A stretch of 57,451 nt of DNA, the filler included, from Sphacelaria rigidula (lineage: Eukaryota), in NCBI GenBank assembly GCA_964200075.2. It is 5 parts of 5 records of this genome, joined end to end, with 100 filler letters (N's around TTAATTAATTAA, not from the genome) between each part and the next. Parts side by side here need not be neighbours in the genome. Positions count along the whole stretch, not along the records: positions 23,023 to 34,432 come from CAXNAA020004952.1; positions 34,533 to 45,942 come from CAXNAA020004953.1; 3 more parts are not named here. One strand, 5' to 3'. The notes beneath the pieces are model-generated. The model had not been told where the DNA came from. It saw nothing but the letters and a program-made list of their open reading frames with translations, and did not search any database. This document shows, one piece after another, positions 26,401 through 37,500 of this stretch. Position 1 is the stretch's first letter. Each line of letters begins with the position of its first letter. A program made the position numbers and the translations under genes.

Positions 26401-29300
26401 ACGTATGCTGTTTAACCACACGAGGAGCAAGCGTACTGTAAAGTCAAGCGAAGTATAGCCTGTCAGCGCTCGAGATATGAGAGAAAACATAACGCACTCT
26501 AAAATGATGTAACGGCCAAAATTGTGGCCCGTCATTGCTCGAGACATGATGATGCTCGTCGGTTAGCAGCCCAGGGTATTTTCCTGCTGAAATCTTCGGG
26601 AAAAGATGAATGATGTATACTTGTAAATATTACAGACGCATGTCACTGGTGAACCAGTTCCCCGTGACGTACTCATATCAGGTTTACCTGTACCTACAGG
26701 GTTTTTTATGCTTATACGAGCTGGGCCAGCCGAGAAGCGATTCTGCAGTTTGCAGGCCGATTATACGGCCGATACTTGGAGTTGGACCCTGAAATTTGGT
26801 ACGGACAATAACTAGGGCATAATAAAAACTTATTGGCGTACACGAGTTTTTTTTTTTTTTCCACTGGGTCCAGACGTCTACATGAATTTGCAATTCGATT
26901 CTTTCACGATGGAACCCCGAAAAAGGCCTTTTTTCTGTCGTAAGAGAATCTCGATGACCTCTGTACCCCACGGCACGGCGCCTTCGCTGTACAAGGCATG
27001 CCTTGTCTGGTCACTGCCCGCTGTCATGGAGACTTTTGGGCTTCTTTGCTGGTTTGGAAGTTGGGCGCTTGTATGTACATGGTGTAGGTGTTTGTGTACG
27101 TTTGCCCCTCCAGGGCTGCTTTCGGTTTTGGCCGCTATTTTATTTTTCTTTGAGGTTGAAGGCTGGATACGTGCGTCGCAGGTGTTGCTCTTCATTGGTC
27201 CATTTTGCGCGTTCTTGTTTGTGTGTGTACTTTTTTTCAACTTCTCAGCTATGGGTCTTGATGCGAGTTGTTGGTTTTGCGGCAATGTGTCATATTCCAA
27301 TGTGAGTGTATCGCACTCCAACGTGTTTGGCATTCTATATTGTGCGTTTGGCAACGCACGGCCGCTTGACTGTATCGGTTGACCTCCACGCGTGACGTCC
27401 ACATTATCCATAGCGAAGCCCGCTGTGCCTCTCTCCCATCTCTTCTGATCGTATCTTGCTGCCGTGTTTTGGTGTGTCTCGCGAAATACTCGACGTGGAA
27501 CCTCTTGTGTCGCTGGCGATGGACGAATATAACATGACGTGGAGCAGATGCGGTCAGAGGCAGGTAGCCGCGGCTGCTCTGCACGCACTGGACGGCACAC
27601 CGGTGCATTCCTTGGCCCTGCACAGTCTGCACGGCGACCCCTCCAGGACGGCAGAGTCGGCATTGGTGCGTTGTTCCATTTTGTTTTTTATTTGTATTGA
27701 TTTTTTTCCATGATCCCGCCAGGCTGTAGATCCTTTTCGTGCAGTGAGGTCACAACGCTTTATCTTCATGTTTCCTTCCAGCTGGGCCGTTGTAACTACA
27801 GCAGCTTCCGTTCCCATATTTTGTGGGCACGCATCAAGAAAACGGACGTTTCTCTTGTGATAATTTCACAACTTATTCGCCTGCTTCGAAAAAGCAAACA
27901 AGGAAAGTTGAAGGAAGAAGTATCCATTGTATACAAGAGCGAAACACCGTTCTATCGGAGGCGTTTGTATTCCCCGCGCGAGTCGGTGAAACTCAATTTC
28001 GAACACCAAAACTATCATAATGATTGTAAGGATCGTCTACGAAATTAGCCATGTCGAGTATTTCCCCCTCTTTGTGTATTCGCTTTTTTTTTACTTCCAA
28101 TGATTTCCCCAGGTTTCGCGCTTTGTCGAGGCTCGTCGAAACGTGCCCAGCGTGCTGTACCTTCCCGACGCCCATCAATGGTGGGAAGGGGAAGACTCGG
28201 CAGCAGTTCACCCCCACCTCAGGTACACATGACCCCTCCATTGTAGGGTGGATGGCGTGAGGGGTATATCCTGAGGCACGTACCACCATGTTACACGCTT
28301 CAGTCGGGTTCCCCACGTGCGTTGTCTCGCTGATGTGTTTTTCAATCACCGCATCACACCTTATCCAGACAAGCTCATGTACGCAGAAAAGTAGGAACAT
28401 GTGGATGAACAACTGGCGACACGCTAGCCACAATCGGGAACATTCGCAACGCGCGTCTCGAGTTGCACCGCAATTCTGCCTCCCTGTGTAGCTATACTGT
28501 TTATCATCGGTTCTGTTTGTCATGGTCCTGGGTTTTGCAAAAAATCCGTGGCGACTGAGCAATGCAGCGAGCTGAAGATGGCCGTCAATTTCGACTACAC
28601 GCACCGCGCATACGCACCAAACAGTTGTTGAACGCGTTTTGCGGTCAAGATGAGTCGTGGAACCACTCATATCCCGCAAGCTTTTCGTTTCTCGGTATAT
28701 TTGTGGATCAGTAGCTCTGACCCGTTTGTTGGACGTCGGACGGAGCTTACCATGACGAAATCGTTCATGTTCATGTTGAGATGTGACATGGCTTTGCCAA
28801 TTTGATGGGGTAGGAAACAAAAAACCAAGAGTTTGTAACAACGGCATGCCGCTTTTCTGTCTCTTGACAGCGAACTGTCCAGCCAGTGCAGGAAGTCTAC
28901 ACTGTACCGAAAAGTAAAGAAAATATGTGATTGACACGCGCTGGATGTGATGCTTTGTTGGGAGTTGGTCTCGATTGTCTTTTGAAGGCTTGACTTGGAA
29001 CTCTGCCACCGCCCAGGCGTGCTCTTCCATCGTTTGAGTCGATGGTGTGGCCACTTGATAAATGAAAGTCAGACTCGGGTGTGCTATCTTCGGGTGCTCA
29101 TGTCTTGTACCTCACACGGCAAGCATATTCAAAGCATGCTCCCCAGTGTGTAAAATCCTGTTCCCTGGTACATGAGGCCATGCCTCTGGTCTATTTATTT
29201 ATTCCCCGCTTCCCCCCCTGTCGCCCCCTCCCCGGCCCACTCCAGGACCCTGTTGGTGAACTTGCTGCGAGATATACCGGATACATGGCCCATCCTAGTC
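23475..29300 (+). CDS. ATAD2/Yta7-like AAA+ ATPase, second AAA domain region (partial, internal exons)
   Basis: Exons 23475-23914, 27548-27665, 28113-28222, 29246-29300 splice in frame to RPRLAIYGPPGCGQRQVAAAALHALDGTPVHSLALHSLHGDPSRTAESALVSRFVEARRNVPSVLYLPDAHQWW...RTLLVNLLRDIPDTWPILV, the typical ATAD2/Yta7 AAA2 sequence. AAA1 and bromodomain not seen in this contig. Confidence 0.85.
24893..25422 (-). mobile_element. Diverged copy of the same tRNA-headed SINE family as 41132-41484, split by a ~250-bp insertion
   Basis: Body 24893-25135 shares gggttc.gc.gtccctttcccttgtcga...tcga.tttt...tccactgctggg.atggtg with 41305-41391. Head-like gatcgcccggcggttcacttggt on the minus strand at ~25398-25420. 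Confidence 0.6.
25593..25940. mobile_element. MITE-like fold-back element
   Basis: Terminal inverted repeat tgaccgccgga ... tccggcggtca, and two internal hairpins of the form gaatcggca....tttcacttga......c.gaaaatgat..cgattc. Confidence 0.6.
28560..29054 (-). pseudogene. Possible degenerate hAT-like transposase N-terminus (BED-finger-like) in an ATAD2 intron
   Basis: HAWAVAEF...FPTPSNWQSHVTSQH resembles the W..F and SNxxxHxxxxH parts of a BED zinc finger; the Cys pair is not in frame. Confidence 0.3.
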
Positions 29301-32300
29301 GTGAGTTTCTGGGAAGAACCAAGGCGTGACGAAAGCGACAGGGGGGATGTCATGATGGACTGCGGGGGCGCGGTTGACATGGGATCAGGGAGGAAAGAGA
29401 TGCTTGGCAGCTCAGGTATAACGGATCGCCCTGACCCGTACGTACCCCGTCCCTTGCTACCCGTACAGTGCGTCAGTTTTGTGCTCGGGTATATAGCTGC
29501 TGATGATGCCCCGGACCCTACCGTACGCTGTTTTGTACAATTCGGTAGTTGTTCTCCAGTGTTTTTTGCACGTAAGGAAAGGGCGCACAAAAAAAAAATT
29601 TTGGACCCACACCCCTTTTTTTACATTTGGGACCGATTAGGGGGTGGGTGGGGGTGGTATCTGCCGTTTTCATACTAAATACTATACAAGAACAACTCAA
29701 GGACAACTTACTTGGTTTTAGTCTTGAACCTTGGTCAGTGACTGCTGACCCGTAATATTCCCATCACGGCAACCATTTGTATAAAGCACAGAGCCAAGCA
29801 GAAGCAACGAGAACACACAAACAGCCAGCGGTCTACGCCGCGCTGTGTGGGTGAATATCTACCGCCTGGTTCATTGCCTCATGATGCCCCATGTGCAATC
29901 TATTCATGAAAACCTAGAGACAATAGACAACGTCGCCGGGGCCGAAGTGACTCAAGTGTGACTTGACCTGACTAGAGTTCAGCCCCCGAACCAGCTTGGA
30001 TTGAAAAATGCGGCGAGATTGGGCGAGAACGAAAAGTTGAAACCATCGAAAACGCGGCGGGATTGGGCAACTTTCCAAGCTGCGCGCAACCGCACAAACA
30101 GTTCTGCGTACACCTCAGGAGACGCGCACAAGAGTTGTTGCGCCCATGGTGAAGTGTGGGTTCTTAAGGGTTGCAAGTATCCAGACGACAGCGGCGGAAA
30201 CCACTACTGTTGCGAGAATGGGCTCGAATCTGCGTGATCATTGTCATGGGCTCCAATGGGCTTGAATGGATTTCGGGATGCCGAGAACGGTTCCGAGCAA
30301 TTGTACCAGAAGACCATCCTCTTGGCTTTGTTAGCAACAAGTTTTTCGTTCAAGTTTTTGCACGCGCAAATTTGCACCGAGTCCGTTCTGCACCTCGAGC
30401 TCTGCAACGGACTTTACTCATCCAAATAATTGTGTCAACACTTCGTTGTGTTTGAAGTGCGTCTTGGTCCGGTCGCTTTATTTAACCTTGCCTGTCCAAC
30501 CCTGTTGCCACTTATATGCAGATAAAACACACCAACCAACCCACACTAACCTCCAACGCACCGCCAACGCTGCAGCACTGCTCATTCAACCAAGTTATCC
30601 ATGAAACACACAAACAGCACCCGTATATGGCTCGTGCGCATGGTTTCGACAACGTCTTGCTGAGCAACTGACGCCCTAAAGCTTGAAAAATAAGTTTCAA
30701 GTTTGACAAAAAAAATGATTTTGGGACCGATTAGGGGGTGGGTGTGTGGGGGGGGTCCAAAAAATATTTTCTTGGGCGCCCTTGGGCGCACACAAGTTTT
30801 TTTTTTTTCACGTGAGTTAGGGGCATTTTACCGATATCTGAAAACTGATTATTGCCCCTAACTCATGAAAAAAGAAAAACCATGTGTGCGCCAGTATTTT
30901 TTTTCATTATGCCCTACTCATTGTCCATACCAAATTTTAGGGTCCAACTCCAAGTATTGGCCGTACAATGGGCCGTTTAGTGACAGGGTCAGAATGGATT
31001 CGGAACAGTATTTTGCAGGCCATTCACCGGCCCACGTTCGGTGTTTGTGTATTGAAACTTTGTATGGGACGTGGCTAGGGCATCATCAACAAAACAAAGT
31101 GGGTGAGATCGTTTTTTTATTTTCTTCATTGGTTCAGGGCGTTCAAGTCTGGTAGAGACAATTTTTTCACGAGAACGCCTGAACCTTTCCAAAAAAATAA
31201 ATCAAGGCCCATTCATTTTTTATTTTTTGCATACCTCTGTGGTCCTCCATGCTGAGTTTCAAATCACAATTCTAGAAATTGAGCTAAAAAATTGCGTTAG
31301 GGTCCAAAAGCACTGCCCCAAAAACCCGAAAAAAAACGAAAAAATGATGAAAAACGAAGCTGTGTTAAGAATCTTCATCATGCACTAGCGGTTCTCCATA
31401 CGAAATTTCATAGCATAAATCTCAAAAACTGAGACGCGATATCCAGGTTCACCTAATCTAGGTGCCTCCGCTCGTAATATACTGATTTTACTATGGAAAC
31501 TTATGTGTGCCATATCTCGAGATAGATAACGAATTAGGTGAAGGTGAGGGTATCTATCGTCTCCCCGTTCTCCAGGGAATGTCCACACCAAAGTTCGTCG
31601 TCATGCGCTGAATGCATCGATCGAGGGTTTCATACAGATTTTAGTATGGACGCTATCTCCGTTACGTACAGTAATTACTATGGAAGACATGGGATTTCAT
31701 CAACGAGAAAATATGGGCCCGAACTTTTGAGCAGGTAGGCACCTTCCCCTTGGTTGGACAATTAATATAATATGCGGATCGTGGCCCAACTCGTCCGTGT
31801 CGACGAGATATTGCTTCGGGAGCTTAAATCCGTTTTTAGTCTGGGCCAGCTCGTACAACACTTCCTATTAATAATGACAATCCTACACGGTAAATATACG
31901 AAATCCGCGCAGAGGCAGAGGGAGATCTTGCCAAACTGGTTGTTCACGTCGGCTCCCTGTCGCTCCAGGCTGGCACCAAGACGGGAAAGAACCACCAGTT
32001 AAAGCTCCCCATATGTTGGAGGCAGATGCCCTCGGGCTTTATATTTATACGTCGAGAAAGACGCGACTGCACAGCGTAGCCGAAAAAAAGGGCGTCTTCA
32101 GCCAAGGACCAATGCGGACCTGCTCGGGCAGGGGCCAACGTCTCCTTCCTCGGCGCCAGAGTTAGTGTGGTGGTGACCACGGCGGGGTAAGAATGACAGG
32201 GGCGGGTTACGAAGTTTTTTCAAAATCAAAATCAAAATCAAGCTGAAATTCTTCGGGGGCATGCTCCCACGTTAAGATATTGACTTTTCTCTGACATGCG

Positions 32301-33091
32301 CATGACCGCGCTTTTGCGGAGTTTTCACTTGGTTCCATAAAAGGATAGAGTGCGAGCTGCAATTTGAACATTCTGCACGGATGGATCGCGGGTTTTCTAG
32401 CCCTGCCGAGGCGTAGTTCGCATCGTACAGGCAGTACTACAGTACTCGTTATATCAACACTGTAACAGGAACACACAGAGACAACTTCGGGTATTGCCGT
32501 GGCGGGATACATATCGTGCGATAAACGCTTCCCCTTTCCGGAGTGACAGGCATTCTTCCCCATCCGGCTGCCGAAGTTACGGTGGCCGGTCCATAGCGCC
32601 AGGTATCCGTGCTGACGTGGATATCTCTCTTCCAGGGACGTCGGCCCTCTAGTCTCAGCATAGTTTGGGCCTTGGAGAATGACCGTCTCCAATTGACGCC
32701 GCAGATGATGAATTATAATCGCTGTAAAATGCCTCCGTAACGTTGAAAAGGAACAACACTGGGAAGGCGCCGACTTGAGACCTGCCAATACACACTTGCC
32801 TAGAGCACCAGTTGTCCGAGAGTTCTTGGAATGCCTTGCGTTGGAGATAGTTGGCAGTAGAGCTGAGGATTTGTACGTGAACAATGGTTGTTACTCGATT
32901 TTAAACTGAACAAAGCTCTGAGAAAATTCATGGTCTGGGGCAGGTGAGCAGTGGACCCAGCTCGTTTAGAAAGTGTTTTGGTCCAAAATCGGCTGAAAGG
33001 TGTCGATTTGAGCTCTAGCAACGCACACTTTTGCCTAGGGAACACGCTGCACCCCACCCCCTTGCCCGAGGGTTCTCGGTATGCCTTGGTC

Positions 33092-33121
33092 GGGGTTAGG
33101 GTTAGGGTTAGCGTTAGGGTT
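33092..33121 (+). repeat. Interstitial telomeric-type repeat (TTAGGG)n
   Basis: ggggttagggttagggttagcgttagggtt. Confidence 0.85.
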
Positions 33122-33861
33122 GGCGGCATCTCTATAATACCAACCATTGTTTACGTACAAATCCTCAGGTCGCCTCATAGTTGGGTAGGGTTACCGCTAG
33201 GTTATTTTCAAAATAATAATTTTCGGTCGCGATCCCTGTCTCAGGTTTACCTCCATGTGCTTGTGTCTTCCTCAAAATACTCGGGAAGCTCTACAGGCAC
33301 GTTTCAAGTTGCTTTCGGTACTGGCCAACTTATGACGGCCGCGGACGGCTGGATTGAGATCACAAGACACATTCGGGGTGATATGATCTGGGGAATGATC
33401 GGTGAAGAGGCGTTGGCTGTACGGACAGTGACAGGCCGGAATGCTGTGCCGGTATCACGGCGTCATACGGCTGCACAGCTCACTGTACAGCAAGAAAGGT
33501 GCTCATCTCAGGCAACCCACTTTTTGCCCACATGGGAGCCATTCAGACGAAGCTGGTCTCGCCCAAAAGGATATCACTTGTCTCGTTTATAGCGATCAAG
33601 TCAGTACAATGCGACGCTGTTATCACTTACGATCGTTTCTGGGCATGACTCTGCGATGCTCGGAGATAAAACAGAGCTCTTTGGTACCGAGGCGCAGGTA
33701 GGAACAAGGCCGTTCCAGTCATCTTTCTTGCTTATGAAACTTTTCGGGTGTCACAGCCTGTTTGCATCGATGATACGACCCAGCGTTCACTTCCGCATCA
33801 CCACATTCACGCATAACGTTGGTCAACGTGATCTCCGAAAACCCATATCACCGGAAAAAAT

Positions 33862-34302
33862 CAGGGGTGTACCCGTTACATGTAACGCTCGTACGTAACA
33901 CATTCGAAAAAACGTAACTTTAGGTCATATAGCGCCACGTGAGGTTGGTTTTTTTCGATGGGACAAATGTGACGTAACGTGATGTAACGTGTGGTCTTTC
34001 GCATGGACCCCAACATAAAGTTCTACTTTCCGATTGTGAAGAAAAGTCGAAAAGTCTGCTTGTTTTCGTGAATTTGTGACGTGTCACTTGTCACGTTAAA
34101 AATTCACACAAACAGCCTTTTTTTGCATCGGGAAAATCCCAAAAGACACTGCTTCGAGGTCCATACATTACATCACGTTACGCCACAATTGTCTCGTCGA
34201 AAAACTCAAACCTTACGTAGCGTTAAATAGCGTTACATGGCCCAAAGTTACGTTTTTCCCGTTTTTTTCACATGTGTCACGTGTGTAACGCATATATCCC
34301 TG
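33862..34302. mobile_element. Fold-back MITE, possibly hAT-type, nested in the element above
   Basis: CAGGG...CCCTG ends, long imperfect inverted arms rich in gtaacg/cgttac; 8-bp flanks gaaaaaat and ggaaaatt (6/8 identical). Confidence 0.7.
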
Positions 34303-34432
34303 GGAAAATTCCATACCGCGGACAATATATGATGAATGGTTGGAATAGACAAGAAACGTACTGCATAGAGAACACGAGCTGGGCCAGCCTAAAAACGGAT
34401 TCAAGCTCTAAAAGCAATATCTCATCGACACA

Positions 34433-34532
34433 NNNNNNNNNNNNNNNNNNNNNNNNNNNNNNNNNNNNNNNNNNNNTTAATTAATTAANNNNNNNNNNNN
34501 NNNNNNNNNNNNNNNNNNNNNNNNNNNNNNNN
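34433..34532. other. Artificial contig linker
   Basis: Same 100-nt block. Confidence 0.97.
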
Positions 34533-37500
34533 CACGGCCCAATTCGTTTCCGGTGGTGATATATTGCTCTGCCAGGTTAAATTCGTTTCTGGGCTGGCCC
34601 AGCTCGTAGGCGTTGGGCTCATACGGTGGGTGGGCGTTTCTACTTAAGGTAGGTGGTGCCATCCCACATCCATAATGTGTTACTTCTCTGCTCCATCACC
34701 ATGTGTTCGCCCTCTGGCACAGACACCATCGGCTGAAAGTAGGACCATGTTCGACAGCGGAGAGCGTCACCGTACCTAACTCTCGGTAAAGTAACACACG
34801 CCCGTACGGTTTCGCGGCCAGGTGGTGTGGCTCGTACAACCAACAGCCGAAAAGGGCGGAAGGTTGCGGGTACGAATCCCGACAAATGTGTTTTTCTCAC
34901 GTAGAATCTAGTCCCGTCGTCGGAAGCGTGAGGACGTGCGCAGCAAATGAAAGTGAAGACAGTCAACGTGGTACGAGGGAGAAATGGCTTGGCCCCTTGA
35001 GACAATGTGCGATTGAAAGCATGAGAATGAATGAATAAATAGGACCAGATTGATTCAGATGCGTTGAACATGGCACGTTCGACTTGCAATGATCACAACT
35101 TCGATGAGATTGAATCGTTTTTTCCAAGTCACAACCCAACACTATATCCTGGGCCAGGTTTGCGTTCAAGCACCGTTTCCTGCTAAAACCAGTCCGTTCA
35201 AGAGCGTAGTAGACTATTCCCGCAGTACATTGTGACCGCAAACAAACCAAGAAGTAGTGGATCATTGGCCCTACCGTTCCAAAAGCTGTTTCATCATTAT
35301 GCTTGCACTGTAATGGCGGGGACATACCGTGCTGTACTCTTCTTCGTGTATACTATTCAGCAGTCAAAGGGTGTTTCACTGTACTGTAGGATGCTGCGCG
35401 GTACTGAACTTAACCACACTGCACTGTACGGTGGTACTGCGTGCTACCCTTTACTCGTCTATTTCTCTTGTATCTTGCAAAGACGAATGACTGGCTTGGT
35501 CAGATGCTCGCACGCATACACATGGTTACGCACAATTCCACCTCTTTGCGGAGTGCACTATACAGTACGTAGCAGGCAGAGCGGTACTACTGCATCAGGC
35601 AGTGCACGGTACAGTGCACAGCAGTGCTGTACTGTGCTGTACACACGATCTGCATCGACTGCTGAGGTTCATGAAGGATTACCTCAACTGTGCCGTACTA
35701 TTAATAACGGCATGCCATCGCCCCCGAAAACATTGGAATTGAACAACCGCATCTGTTCCGAGCACAATAGTTAGCACTTCAAACTGAAGATATATCACAT
35801 ATCTCTACTACAAACCGAGCATTTCTGCGTTCAGCAACCACAATGATGTACGTAGAAGAATCGCGACAACTGTACCAGTCGTTCGAACCAGTTTTCCACA
35901 GTCACAAGAAATGACAAACACGTGCGGCACCGTTATTTCTAGCCAGTCAAACGTCAGTCGGAGACGACAAAGATACAGCACTACCTGTGTGAGGTGTCTG
36001 ATAGTTGACTCTGCAAGGATAGCCGACTGCACCCTAGAAAAATCGCCTGTTCAAATGACATAATTCACGTGAAAGGACACCAGCCTAATCAACAGGTATC
36101 CTCATGACTTATTTCCGGTTTAACCTGGTCGCACCAAGAAGCACAAGATTCCTTCACCACTACTTTCTTTGGGTGTATCACTAATGGATACAGGATACAG
36201 GCTGGTTCACGCTCATCACCCCCAAGTATATTCATCCCCTGATCATCACGCCGCCTTTTGAAGGTGTACTGAAATTTTGCAAACACGTACTGTAGGTAAT
36301 TACGAGCGTTTGAGGACGTTTTTGTTTCGTAATTTCGCCGGTTGTCGGGGGTCCCAAGGTCGTCGGGTTTCACAGGCTTTTCTTTCTAGGACCCCCGATA
36401 ACCGGAGAGATATAAGAAAATCGTTGAAACATTTCGCAACGATCCAGAGTACACTATTTCGCTACTCGCGTCCTCACGTTTTCAACGACGGAGATCGGAT
36501 TATATTATCATAGCTATAATTATATCGGTCACATTAGCTCCATCTCTCGAACCCGTGGTCACAGAGTGCAAGGACCATACCACCCATAACTCAGACAGCA
36601 CGCAGAGGAAGGCGAGAAACAAAACTACTGCACGAAAAAAAGCACCTACACTTCGAAAGATCCGTAAAAGACCGATTGAACTACAGGAGACCTACTGGAA
36701 GCTGAAAAGTCCTAGTGTGCGACCTCTCCCACTACCTTGCCACGTACTGGTGTATACACAGAGTAGTAATAGCGAGTAAGCCGGGGATCGAACTGTCGCA
36801 TAGTTTAGGAACCAACCCCAAAAGGAATCTCCTGTGTAGAGTGCGGTTCAAAGAAATCCTCTACAGAGTTTGCGCACCGGAGACTGACCAACGTTAGATA
36901 GGAAGATCCAAAAAAGACAAAAATAACAAAAATAACAAAAAGGATGAGCCAATGGCGACGAGGGGGGAACACGAGGAGCTACGTCCTCCCTAGAGTTTTA
37001 GTCAAGTAGTATCGTCACAGAAATACAACAGGCAGGGCGTGTCTAGCTTACACACGACATGGGGCTGTCAGCGAAAAAACAAAATATGTTTAGAGGGTCC
37101 TATATTCAACCATGAAAACAAGGGATACCATCTGTATGTAGTTATCACAATAAAATAACTATCTGAAAAACCCAACAGAAGAATAATAGTCCGCCCTCAA
37201 CGAAATTCGCGGCCTTGCTCTGCTGTTCTCCGCTGCAGGGTCTTCCTCGATGTTGACCTCCTGACGCTCCCATATGTCCTCACCAGCGCCCATGGCCAAC
37301 GCAACTGCCCATCCTCGCCAGTGTCCATGGTCCCACATGTTGTCGTCGTTGTTCGTAGCCAGTGCTCCCTCTGCCTCCTTTCGTGTGAAACACTTCCTCC
37401 TTCGTGATGCACTCCGGTTCTAGTCTCACAGTGTCTCGTCCCGGAGGTTCAACCAGACCTAACTAGTCCGTCGATGACCACTTCGCTTTCATCCTTGTCG

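Larger units (their letters stand above)
31780..34432. mobile_element. TIR-flanked composite non-autonomous element running into the contig end
   Basis: gtgtcgacgagatattgcttcgggagcttaaatccgtttttagtctgggccagctcgt (from ~31797) is the inverse of acgagctgggccagcctaaaaacggattcaagctctaaaagcaatatctcatcgacac (34374-34431). Related motifs at ~26716 and ~34535-34607. Confidence 0.65.
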
